From Azolla caroliniana (taxonomy: Eukaryota; Plantae; Polypodiophyta), in the NCBI GenBank assembly GCA_043228905.1, contig JBHGNT010000021.1:9858001-9922000 (forward strand): 64,000 nt of DNA. Reading direction: 5' to 3'. This document shows, in pieces, positions 46,704-59,900 of this stretch. The stretch's first letter is position 1. Each line of letters begins with the position of its first letter. The translations under genes were made by a program, and so were the position numbers. The notes beneath the pieces were generated by a model, which made no database searches, had not been told where the DNA came from, and was given only the letters and a program-made list of their open reading frames with translations.

Positions 46704-49700
46704 TGTTGTCCGCCGGAATAGTAACCGACGGACAAGAGCGCAGGAATAGGGAATAGTATAAGATTGTAACGCATGTAACGGTTCACGCTTCCCGCGTGAA
46801 CGGCTAAAAGACCTTGTGTATATAAAGGGCAGAAAACCTCGGATAGAGGTAGCGTGTAAATTTTGGAATGTAAAGAAGCGTATCGTAATAGAATTCTATC
46901 TTCTCTGATATCTGTGTATAGCTACAGCTAATCTATTGTGTGTCTGTAATACCTGAGAGTGTAGAAGTAAGAAACGTGAGCATGTAGCCACTACTAAGGA
47001 GTTTGGTTGTAGCCATCTCCCTTATACGCTGCAAGGTTACAGGTAACATCCCCCTACGTACTATGCACAAACGCTGCTGTTCGTTGTCTCACAGTCACTT
47101 GGAGGTCTAGGTCGAAGGACTGACCGCAAACCGTGTTCCTAATCGGTAACACTTTTGGCACGCTTGCTGATCTGTGTCTTCTCACAAACGAACAACGACG
47201 AATGGATGTTTAGCCGCAGACGCCCCAGAGAACCAACACGACAAGACCGGCCAATCACAAGGTCCATCACATGCCAGGCAAAGGAATGCGCACGGCAAAA
47301 GCCTCGCCTCAGCGACCTCAATACTACCTATTGTGATCACAAAGGTGATTTTTCGCTCTCCAAATACCTCGATGATATGCGGGGAGCACGCTCACCACAA
47401 CAACATTGTGGTCTTTCCCGACCTATCGTAGCCCCCAGCATGGCCTTTGCCTATCCCCGCTTTATCGGTGAAACCGATGCCGCAACCCATATTCACATGT
47501 TCCTCAATGTCTGGAATGCAAATCACATGGTGCAGAGCCTTTCTGAGGCGGTAGCGCACTAGTCTAAAATGACGGAGTTCGGGTTAACATTGGATGGGCA
47601 AGCGGCATTTTGGCATTCACATATGGATTTGCCAGCAATCACGACCTTCGATCAGTTGCAATCCGCCTTTTTGCGGTTCTTCCATCGGAGGGTTCCACAA
47701 CACAATTAAGCAACTACCGACCGAGACAATCGCAGACTTCAGCTTATGTTTCCAAAATTTACGGCAGAAGCGAGAACGGAGCCCCGCGGAGGACGAGGCT
47801 CGAGAGACATTTCTGGCAGCATTACGCCAACCCATACGGACAACGCTCAACAACAATAGCATGAAAGGGGAAACGGCGGATAGGGTCATTGAACGAGCAT
47901 TATAGCTTGAGTTGGACGAGGAGGAGGAAAGGTTTTCAATGTCCTCCTTATGACAAGCGTTACCCCAAGACGAGGAATGACAATTTCGTCAAGCAATCCA
48001 GTGCACAATTTGCTTGAACTCGGGGCATTCCGTAGTGGAGTGCAACATGCGAATCCACTGCCCAATCTGCCACTCGAAGGTTCACACGGTCGAACAGTGC
48101 GAAGACAATATGCTGAACAGAGCCGCTCCCACAGTACGCAGCATGGACACACAACGTCCCCCCCGTACTGAACAAAGGAGGCAAGACGGTCACCACGGTA
48201 TGTGGATCGCAACCCACGTGACGACCCCCACTACCGGAATCGCCGGAATCACAACGATTCCGAGGAAGACGAACTCGAGGATGAGGATTACCGTGGTTCC
48301 CCGAATTATGCTAAAGGGGGCCGATGCTATGAGAATCACCGGCCGACAAACAAACGTGGCGGCTTCAATGGTTATCGTGGGAAGCAGCAACAATATCGAG
48401 ACCACCGGCGATACGACAAAAGCTCGGGAAATGAGCGACACCAAGAACCACGCCGGGACCAACAACAACCATCGAGTGCGTTTCTACAAACGAGGCCGAA
48501 CCGTGAGGAGCAAGTCGCACCAGGGGATTGGCACACACCACTAGGAGCCGAGAAGGGCCAATCGAGCATCCATTGTTTTGTTTGTTAGCAGCCCGGACAT
48601 TATGCCATGCAATGCCCAGCACGCAAGGGCAAGGGGCCCGCCGTCAATACGATTACGGCGAAAGTGCAGCAAGTCACGCCACGCCAGCAAAAAAAAAACG
48701 GCTGATTGGGCCGCGCAAGATGAGATAAGACGAGAAGCCCAAGCATGGGTGGAAAAAGCAAACTTGACCAATACAGAGCGCATGCGGAAGGAGTCCGCGA
48801 AGACGATGGAGCGAGTGGAGGACGAAGGACCGGCCCCGGATCCCATTTGGCAAGCATTAGCAGGCTGCGAGATAACGTTAACCATGGAGAAGCTGCTGCA
48901 GCTAGTCCCACGCTTCCGCCAGACCATGGAAGAACGGGTGACAGGCATACCTGGGGTGAGCGTCGCTACGAACCTTACGGACGTTAGCGACGGACCGTCT
49001 GTAGTGGATCACCACAACCCGGCTATTACATTGATTACACGGACAGGAAATCCCAGGATGCGTAATCGATGGCGGCTTGGGGGTTAATGTAATTAGCGCG
49101 AAAACATGCGAGCAGTTAGGCATTTCAGAATGGGAGGGTTGCCCATTCTGGCTCCATATGGCGGATACCCGCTCAGTACGACCATTGGGGTTGATATGCA
49201 AGATAGGCATTATCGTGGGCAGACATCGCTTCGACATCTCGGTGGTAGTCCTCGCCCTGGACGCCCCAGGGGCATACCCCGTGCTTCTGGGTAGACCGTG
49301 GCTTCGGGCAACAAATATCAAGCAGAGCTGGCAACACAAGTGTATCAGTTTCCGACACGGACGCACTAAGGTTTGCGTACCTACGGAAGAAAGCATGACA
49401 CAATCCAAGGGTATAACACCATTATAAGCAGAAGATATAAATATGGTGGCTGGGGTGGAGGATGCAGAATTAGAGCCATCCCTAGACGAGCACCCTCGGA
49501 TCATTCCGCTGTCTAAAATCGACGTCATCGCAATTGCGGCAGAATATGCCACGACCACTATTCTCCACGACAAGTCTTACGAACCAAATCCGGAGTCCAT
49601 ATTGGAACTAAGCAGAGCACGGGCGACATTCGAGAGGGAAATGGAAATTTCATGACGAGTCACCGCCTCCGCCCTGGAAGAAGTAAACGTGGGTACGGAG

Positions 49701-51861
49701 TTAAAATCCCGTTTCCTCTCCATCGCAAAGGAATTAAGGCCGGACCAGAGAGACATGATGATCGAACTACTCAAGAAATATAAATATGTGTTCGCTTGGG
49801 CTCATGAGGACATGAAGGGGTTAGATCCCAAGTTCTATGAACATAAGTTCAATTTAGCAACCGACGCAAAACCCGTCCAGCAGTGCCGCTACCGCATGAA
49901 CCTGAACTACGTGACCCGCATAAAGAAAGAAATTGACAAACTCCTAAAGGCGGGATTCATACGGCCAATTAAACAAGCCACATGGTTAAGTCCAATAGTA
50001 GTCGTTCCAAAGAAAAACGGCAAAATACGGGTATGCATGGATTACCGAAAATTAAACGTCGTAACCATTATGGACGCATTCCCTTTACCATTCACCGATA
50101 GTGTACTGGACGTCGTCGCAGGACATGAGATGTACAGTTTTTTAGATGGCTTCAGTGGGTATAACCAGGTACGCATGCATCCCGATGACCAAGAGAAGAC
50201 GACATTTCTCACGGACTGGGGAGTCTATGTAGCAGTCGTCATGATGTTCGGGCTAAAAACGGCGCTGGCAACATTTCAACGGAAAATTACGGAGATCTTT
50301 GGGGAATATATTCCGGCGTTCATGCAAGTTTTTTTAGACGACTTTGCGATATATGGGAAAACAATCGACCATTTTACACATCTGCAACTGTGCCTGGAAC
50401 GTTGCCGCACCGCACACTTAAGCTTAAATCCTGCGAAATGTGCCTCTGGCGTGACCAACGGGACTCTGCTAGGCCATATAGTCAGCAAGGATGGAATAGC
50501 GGTCGATCCAAACAAGATCTCCGCGATTACGCAAGCTAAAACTCCAACAAACACGAAATCACTCAACCGGTTTTTAGGACAAATACGATGGCATAGTCGG
50601 ATGATACGCTATTTGGCGGACTTCGCCACGCTGTTACATGCTGCCGTCCATTGGACTCCCTTCCAATGGACCGCAATGGAGGACAAGGCCTATGAGGCGC
50701 TTAAGATAATGCTCACATAGTCCCCCGTCGTACAACGACCAATTTGGGCGAAGCCATTCCACGTGTTCGTAGACGCCTCGGACATAGCAATAGGGAGTGC
50801 GCTAATGCAGCTCACCGAACCAAACTGGTACCGGCCAGTGTACTACGCTAGTCGCAAATTATCAACAGTAGAGCATAACTATTCCACAACGTAGCGGGAG
50901 GCGTTAGGGATGATCTATAGCATCAATAAAATTCCAGCATTATTTACTAGGGAGGAAATTCACGTTCCACGTGGATCATTCGGCACTGTTGTATTTGGTG
51001 GAGAAACAAGCCCTGACAGGTAAATTGGCGCGATGGATGCTGTTGCTTCAAGAATTCGATTTTGTAATTCAGCACCGGCCGGGGACGCAACATGCAGTGG
51101 CAGATTTTTTGAGCAGACTCGATAATTGAGAAATAGTACAGAAGGATGATGACGATTTTCCGGACGCCGACATCCTACGGGTAGTAGCACTAGCAGAAAG
51201 AACGGAATCGACCTGTCCGGACCGGTGGCTTATGGAAATGACATACTTTTTTACTACGGGACTGCCTCCACCACAATTACGCACGGACGAGAAAAAACGA
51301 TTAGCCGTCTGAAGCTGTAACTTCTGCCTAGTAGAAGGAATTTTATATCACAAAGGAAGTGACGGCATTTGGCAACGCGGGGCCCGTCAGGATGAGAAAG
51401 AAGAAATGCCAGGTGTTGTCCGTCGGAATAGTAACTGACGGACAAGAGCGCAGGAATAGGGAATAGTATAAGATTGTAATGCATGTAACGGTTCACGCTT
51501 CCCGCGTGAACGACTAAAAGACCCTGTGTATATAAAGGGCAGAAAACCTCGGATAGAGGTAGCATGTAAATTTTGGAATGTAAAGAAGCGTATCGAAATA
51601 GAATTCTATCATCTCTGATATCTGTGTATAGCTACAACTAATCTAATATGTCTCTGTAATACCTGAGAGTGTAGAAGTAAGAAACGTGAGCGTGTAGCCA
51701 TTGCTAAGGAGTTTGGTTGTAGCCGTCTCCCTTATACGCTGCTAGGTTATGGGGAACATCCCCCTACGTACTACGCACAAACGCCACCGTTCGTTGTCCC
51801 ACAATCGCTTGGAGGTCTAGGTCGAAGGATTGACCGTAGACTGTGTTCCTAATCGGTAACA
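46704..51861 (+). mobile_element. Ty3/gypsy non-chromovirus element with most of the integrase deleted
   Basis: 448-bp LTRs at 46704-47151 and 51414-51861. Perfect TSD ATCGT. PBS TGGCACGC at 47156. gag with CCHC knuckles, PR IDGG.GVNVI, RT 49689-50720 (LDGFSGYNQV, FLDDF) and RH FVDAS. Confidence 0.95.
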
Positions 51862-54122
51862 ATCGTAGCCGACCGTGGAGAATTGGACGCACAAGAGATT
51901 GAAGAGTTGTTTGACCGGCTAGGGGTTAAACTCTCGCTCATCACGGCGTACAATCCGGAGGCGAATGGGAAGGTGGAATGCGGACATGGGCCGATCGTCA
52001 AAGCGTTAGTGCGGGCATGTGGAGGCCAAGTCGGAAACTGACCGCGGCTCTTACCCTATGTGTTGTGGGCCGACCGGCGGAGCTAATGTACGGGCAGAAG
52101 CCGGTCATGCCAATGGAGCGAACGATCTCCTCATGGGCCACGGTGGACTAGAGAGACGAGATGACCCGGTAGGAAATGTTAGCGGTGCGGATCCGACAGC
52201 TCTAGCGAAGACCGGAGGATGTGGAACGAGCCACGGAAAAGTTGCGGGCCGCGAGGGTAAAGAACAAGGGGCGATTTGACCAGACTCACTGACTAAGGCC
52301 GAAGAAAATCGATGAAGGCGACTGGGTTCTGGTATATGAGAGCAGCCTTGACAACCAGTAGAAGGCGATGCGGAAGTTCGCAAGGAGGTGGTTTGGGCCA
52401 TACGTGGTGACAAGCGCCAACGATAACGGGACATACCATCTCGTGGAGCTTGACGGGACGAGGATGACGAGGAAAAGGATCAAAGTGTTCAAAAAGCGGC
52501 ACGACGATGAACCGGACCCGGACGACTTGGATAGCGAGGATGACCGGTTCGGAGCGATTGGCGATCCGGACGACGAAGGGTAAGCGCAGGCCGGTGTTCT
52601 CCGGCAAGTGTCTATTTTGACGCATACCAGTGGATGCGCGGTTAGGTGGGGGTGGATGTTGTGGAGAAAACCGTCCTTAGGCGGAATCGGAGAATGATGT
52701 GCGTGAACCGGCCCTTACATGTGGGCACAAGTTTTGTTGTAATGTACATATTTAAGTCGGCTGATGTGAATATCCTAGGTCGCACGGATTTGATAGGTGG
52801 GAAATCGAGGCATATCTCTGTCCGGAAGGACAGAGAATAAAGATGATGGAACAAGTTGTAATGGCCTCCCTCCTTGGGCTATAAAAGAGAGGTAGAGGAA
52901 TTGTAAAAGGGATTGTGAAGTCGAGGACGAAGTGCTGTCGAACAAGGACTGAGCTCTTCTCCTCCGTCTTTCTCTGTATTTGCCCTGTGCAGGTTTTCGG
53001 GAGGCTAAATCTGCTCCGCGGAATGCCCGAGTGCTTCCGGTAGAGTCTCCATCTCGCTCTTCTGTGTGCGTGTGCGTAGGCGTAGGAGATTTGTCACTCA
53101 CTAGCCTACCGATTGTAACCCCCTTTCCATCAGAATATATATATACATATACGCATTCGTCTCAATTCCGTTGTTTCATTCGGTTGCGGTTTCTGTGTAT
53201 CTGTGTGTGTGTGTGTGTGTGTGTGTGGAAGCACGACTGTTGTCTTCCTTGCTGCTACCCTTGATCGGTTATCCCTTGGTCCAAGACCCCCGTGGTCCCG
53301 CCTCGTTCTATACGCATGCGTGTAACAACGCGACAGTGTATCGAGCTCCTGCATTATGTTTGTGTTTTATACATGGACTCGATACGACGTATCGAGCTCC
53401 TGTATAAAGTTCCTATTTTATACAGGAACTCGAGTGCCCTGACCAGGACGAGGAGGTCGGTGCAAAGAACCTCGCGGATACAGAAAGGTTTCAACCTGCT
53501 TCACGAGAGCCTATTCCTCCATTAGCCGGGGAACCGGGGGAGGTAATAGAGCTTGATGATGAGCTTAAAAAAGATATTTCATTGGCTCGGCTAACAGGGG
53601 AAGCCAATGCACGTATAGCCGAAGAGACTTCTATACAGGATGATGAAGAAAATAACATTGACGATTTGATTGCTATGTAATAGACTCTAACAATTTGTTT
53701 GGATTTCACATTATTAATACAAATTTTGGGTTTTACTTGGTGGATTCTATTCTTTATAATCTTCTATATTTTTCAATTTTATTTTTATATACTTGGTTAG
53801 CAGACTTATGACACTGGTTTCACCGTGTGCATAGCTGACTACCAAATTTATGGAGAAACATGAATTAGTTAAAATTGAGGCTGATTTTGGTCCAAGTTTA
53901 CCTTAACATAACATGGTCGTAGAATTGTTGCCATGACTGTCCATGTTGTTATTATGGATCTTTGTCTTGTATTGTTAAAACTATTATGTTTCTATGCCAT
54001 TGCTGCTTAGATTGTGTAGAGTGTTGATAATGGTTCCACTAGTGTTATCCGCATGTTTTCATACACTTGTAGTTCCACTAGCGTTATCGTTCGGATTTTG
54101 ATCCCGTGTGAATCACCTAAGC

Positions 54123-54370
54123 AATAGAGTAGATCAATTTTAAATACAAGTATGAAAGCCTTAATAGGTTTGTTATTTCCACCACATTATCCTAAAGTTC
54201 ACTGTCTTACATTGTCCACAATTATATACATATGGTTTGATCCCATACGAACAAACTAAGGAATAGATGAGATCAACTTTAAATACAAGTATTGAATACT
54301 TTAATAAGTTAGTTATTCCAATCACATTATCCTAAAGTGCACTATCCTACATTGTCCACAATTATATACA
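54123..54370. repeat. Two diverged direct copies of a ~108-bp segment, ~139-bp period
   Basis: AATAGA..AGATCAA.TTTAAATACAAGTA...CACATTATCCTAAAGT.CACT.TC.TACATTGTCCACAATTATATACA at ~54123 and ~54262. Confidence 0.85.
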
Positions 54371-56905
54371 TGCACGTATGGGTCAAAGTATAAATTATAA
54401 CTCATTTTATTAGTATGGTTACAAGTACACCTCATATTTTTGTAAAACTTACCAAATTAATATAAATCTTTAACTTAGTGTTTCCCATGTCGCACCTTAG
54501 TGACATATTGAGCCATTGTTGAACTTTATTATGCCTACATTAACTTATCAACACGTCGAAACTTGCATGATTTCTAATGATCTCCACTCGTAGACCTATC
54601 ATGTTTTTTTATATTTGCAAATTCTAATCAAGTTGTGGAACATGTGATACTAGTGCATCCAATTTTTGTAGAGAGGGTGTATTTGGATAGTTTCAAGAAG
54701 ATTCTACAAGTGGAATGCGCAATCCTTCCACTTGTCAACGCGAACGTGTTACAAGCATTTTTTGAAGACAAACCCTATACCTGGTAAAGAATAGACAGAA
54801 GAAAAATATGGACCAAGGAATGGCTAGCTTGCTCTCGACGGAGAAACTCGATAGATCCAACTACGCATCTTGGTTGTACAAGATGCACTAGTAACTGCTC
54901 GAGCATGGTTACTGGAGTTATGTCGACAAAGCTAACGATACAACACTTGATGCGGCACACAGGGACGTCCTGACTTGGGAACAGGGAGCAAACAAAGTTA
55001 TGTACTGCTTTGCGTCTAGTATCAGCGATTAGTTGTTGAGCCATATCCGGGATGCCAAGATGCCGAAGGAAGCTTGGGGAAAGTTGAAGGTCTTTGCCGC
55101 AAGCACCATGGCCCAGAAGCTGCAACTATATGGCCTAGATCAAAGAGATCTGTGACTCATTTGCCTCTATCAACGTCATCGTCGAGGAAGATGAGATGGT
55201 TCAGGTCTATCTCGAGGGCTTGCCGTCGAAGTTTGGAACAGTCTAGACAACAGTCTATACAAGGGAGAATACACCCTCATTTTTTGACTTACAATCGATG
55301 CTCCTAGTAGAAGAGAACCACGTGGGTGCATCAACAAGCACGCACACCAACAACAAGATGTTGTACACGACAATGGATCAGCCCTGTGGTCGTGGCGGAT
55401 GAGGCGGATTATTACGTGGTGGAAGTGGCTGATAAGAGCAAAATTGGAGGCACAATGATGGTGCCAACAACAAGTCCGGACCCTCCACAAGAAGGGGGAG
55501 TCAAGGTAGCACCGGAAACTGGCAAGAGAAGACCACATCAGAATGTTGGTACTATGGCCGGAAGGTCCACATAGAGAGCGAGTGTTGGAAGAAGTGCACC
55601 GATTCAGACAAATCCAGATCCGGCAAGGTTGGTTGAGGAAGCTGGTAAAGCTCTCACTACGCTGAGGAATCAGAAAAATCCGGTTCCGAAAATGGAACAG
55701 ACCCAACCTTTCTGATGAAACACAAGGCTAACACGATGAAGAAGACTACTTCCGGTTTGAAGGAAGTGTGGTATGGTGATTCCGGAGCGTCGAACCATAT
55801 GACGAGCCACGAAGAATGGTTCTCATTCCCAGAAAAATGGGAGCAATCGGGGACGACACTCCTCACCCAATCGTGCATGTCGGAGAAGTTCCCTTGAGTC
55901 ATGTCGTACAAAAAGGGAAGGTTATGAATGTGTTTCATGTCCCAACAGTCACAAAGAACTTGGTGTCGATCGGGCAGATCATTGACTAGGAGATGTAGGT
56001 GCGATTTACGCACCTCAGGTGCTTTATCGAGGAAGAGGGCCAAGTCATCGCGTAAGGGCGCCAGGACGGGAGGATGTTTATCCTCGAGATGAATGATGTT
56101 GGCACCACTATGTTTGCAAAAGGACAAGAGGTCGAGTCAGACATAGAACTGTGGCACAAGCGAATCGGCCACATCAATTTCCGGAACCTTGAAGAGATGT
56201 AGTCGAAACACGTGGCTTTTGGACTGCCCAAGTTCAATGGACAGAAAGGCCATATATGTGAAGCTTGCCAACTTGGGAAGCAACATAGGCTTCCCTTCTC
56301 CAATGAGTAGAATCGGTGCCGGAATCGACTTGATCTCATCCATTCAGATGTCTATGGACTGGCACAAAACGTGCGCATCGGTGGGAGTCAGTATTTCGTC
56401 TCCTTGATCGACGATTTCACCCGACACACTTGGATCTATCTAATCAAGAAGAAAAGTGAATTCTTCTCGTGTTTCCAGGATTTGAAGAACCTTGTAGAAC
56501 GTGAGATCGGAAGAAAGATCAAGTGTTTGAGATCGGGTGGCGGAAAAGAGTACTTTTCCGGCCAGTTCATGAGCTATCTCCAAACGAAGGGAATCCAACA
56601 GGAATTCTCTTGCAAATACACGCCAGAGCAGAACGACATGGCCGAGCGTTAGAATAGGACGGTGGTAGAAGCGGCAAGGACGATGCTTGAGGAGAAAACC
56701 ACGCCCAAATTGTATTGGGCTGAAGCAATCTAGACATCCATCTACATCCAGAATTGGATATGGCCTCATGGTCAAAGGTGTCCCCGCATGAGATGTACTT
56801 CGAGCAGAAGCCGAATTTGGCACACCTTCGGGTGTTTCGTAGCATTTCATATGTGCATGTACCGAAAGAAAAATGAAGGAAGCTCAACTCAAAAGCCGAA
56901 AAGTA

Positions 56906-59900
56906 TGTGAAAGATTGATTGCGGAAGTGTTAGAAAGAACAATACACAAAGAGAGAGAGAGAGTACGCGGGAGAGAGAGAGAGAGAAGGACACACTATTT
57001 TTCAAAATTATATGAATACTCTCTGCTCTATATTTACAACGCGCTCATCAACGCTATTTATACAAATCCACATGGGACTGTTAGAAGTACGGTGTACTTC
57101 AATCCTCACACGAGCATCTGTCACTAACTACGAGACTATAACTGCCTAGTAGTCTAACCTATACTAGGCTTCCGGTTATGGATTGGATCCGGCATACTAG
57201 CTCCCCAGCTCACCGGTCCTTACTGTTTACCAGCTCGGTTGGTCACCGGCATACTGATTCATCTCGCTTACTAGCTTAGGCTTATTCAGCTGATCCGGCT
57301 CCGGTTGAGCTTGCCGCTCAACACTCCCCCTCAAGCTCAACCTGAGTTAGGGTAGTAGTGTCAACCTCTGGGGCAGCCGGTTCTTCCAACCGACTTCTCC
57401 TGGTGTCGCTTCGCCTTGCTCGCGCTCCTTGTCCGGTCTGGTCCCGTTTGCCATGACCCATTTGGTTCTGCGCGCCTCGACCTTCGGCATGTCTGCTCAA
57501 TAGGCCCATCTCAGCTCCTTCGCTGCTATGACTTCGGCGCTTGCCGATCCGTCGGTTCCTCCGCGATGGCATCGACTTCCACTGCGTCCGTGTCTCCTTG
57601 GCCTCTAGTTGATCCGACTCATCCGGATCCGTCTGTTGATCCGAATCGGCTGTCTCCGACTCCGATTCTTCATTCGACTCCGCATCATGGCCATTACGAT
57701 CGTGATGACCTCCGCATAGCATGCACTTCTCTTCCTGAGTGTATACTTCTTCTCCACAGCCATTCACTCCGACCTGTTCAGATGTGCCGACTTCCTTCGT
57801 CGACTTGGCTTCATTTTTCTTCTTGTCTCCACCTCTACCGGTCCTTTTCTTACCTACGGGTTGAACAATTTTTTTTTGCCTTTGCCCGTTTCAGTAGTGT
57901 CTTTGCCCTTGCGTCTCCCCCTCAAGTGCGGCACATCGAGATGCTGAACACCAAGCATTTCGGTAAAGTGCTGCAACTTGTCCAACTCGAGCGGCTTGGT
58001 GAAGATGTCGGCAACTTGCCGATCCGTGTGAACATACCGTAGTTCAACTTCACCGCTCAGGACCCGCTCACGCACGAAGTGATAATGCACTTCTATGTGC
58101 TTTGTGAGAGCATGGAACACAAGGTTCTTGGCGAGCTGCATACTGTTGAGGTTATCGCAGTAGATCAGGATCGGGGTCAGTACGTCGATCCACAGGTCTT
58201 GTAGCAGTCGCCAAAGCCAAATGGCTTCACAGGTGGCAATGGTCGCGCCTCGGTATTCAGCCTCAGTGCTGGATAGAGCCACTGTTGGCTGCTTTTTGCT
58301 GCTCCACGCAACAACCACGCTCCCAAGAGAAAATATAAAGCCGGAAGTTGAGCAACGATCCGTTGCATCGCCAGCCCAGTCTGCATCCGTGTACTCGACA
58401 AGCTCTTCGGTTATACCTTGCCGGTATAAGAGCCCCCGGTGCTTAGTGCCGCTTACATGCCTCAGTATTCGTTGCAAGCACTGAAGGTGCTCCACGGTCG
58501 GCTTCTGCATGAATTGGCTTACCACTCCCACCGGATAGCTAATGTCGGGTCGGGTGATGGTCAAGTAGATCAGGCTTCCGACTATTTGTCGGAACCGTTT
58601 CTCATCGCAGGCTGGTCCGGAGTTGGGACGGATCTTCTGATTCCGGTCCAGGGGTGTGGAGACAGGTCGGCATTCCGTCATGCCAAACTTGTATAGCAAA
58701 TTCAACACATAATGGCGTTGAGAAAGCAATATGCCGTCGGGGGTGCGGATCACCTCGATCCCCAAGAAATAATGAAGGTCCCCCAAGTCCTTCATATCGA
58801 ATGCGTCCGACAACTGGGACTTGACGCGGTTGATTTCCGGAAGACCTGGGCCGGTGATGACTAAATCATCAACATAGAGTAAGATACATACCAGACCGTT
58901 TGAGTCTTGACGGATGAACAGGGAAGAATCCGACTTAGAGGCAACAAACCCCATCTTTCGCAACCGGTGCGTGATCTTAGCATTCCAAGCACGGGGGGCT
59001 TGCTTCAAGCCGTACAACGACTTCCTCAGCCGGCATACCACCGACTTGTTCACCTCCGACTGAAATCCGGGGGGCTGAGCCATAAAGACTTCTTCTTCAA
59101 GATCTCCTTGAAGGAAGGCATTCTTCACATCCATCTGATGAAGATGCCACCCCCTTGCCGCAGCAACCGCCAGTACCACACGAACAGTCGTCATCTTTGC
59201 TACAGGAGCGAAGGTCTCGTCGTAGGTGATTCCGTGGGTTTGCGCATATCCCTTCGCTACTAACCGGGCCTTGTACTGGTTAACTGTACCGTCGGAATTG
59301 TACTTTACCTTGTACACCCACTTGCATCCGATCGGTTTACAGTGACGGGGAGGGTCAACCAAGTCCCAAGTTCCGTTGGCATCCAGTGCCCACATTTCTT
59401 CCTCCCTAGCGGCACGCCAATTTGCGTCCTTTGCCGCTTCTGCGTAGCTCTCCGGCTCACACACTTCCGCGAACTTGGTCATGAACTCGTTATACCCGTA
59501 TCGTTTAACGGGATCCTTATGGGGGGTGGACCGGTGTAACTCACCGTTACCCGGTATGAGACCCTTCTTGGCCGGTTCGGTCTTCGTTCCCGAAGATACG
59601 CACCGATCCGACTCATCATTGCCGGTCTCGAATTCCGGCATCTTCTGCTTCCCCCTTCTCTTTGCGTGTGAACCGTCTCCTCGGTTCCTTGCGCGGGGAG
59701 AGCACGACAGAGTCTCCACTACTCGTCGTCTCATCATCCGACTGGTTGGACTGATCCAGTCTCTGATTCAGTCCGCTTAACCGGAACGATTCCGGACTCT
59801 CATCTTGAGTCTCGGCTTCATCTTTCTCTACCTGGCCCGGTTCGGGCTCACTGGCCCCATCCTCCGACATCGGGCCAGGATCGGAAGTTGGAGTCGGTAA

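Larger units (their letters stand above)
38924..53335 (+). mobile_element. Large degenerate Ty3/gypsy host element (protease, RT, RNase H, IN, PPT, 3' LTR 52657-53335) carrying three nested insertions
   Basis: Protease LVDHGSEINLM; RT start PYSNRWFTVPKK..LRFIQDL; RNase H ETDCLP...NAMADMLSR; IN zinc finger and core, YNPEANGKVE and WFGPY. The PPT and the LTR end CGCGACA match the element at 35910. Confidence 0.88.
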
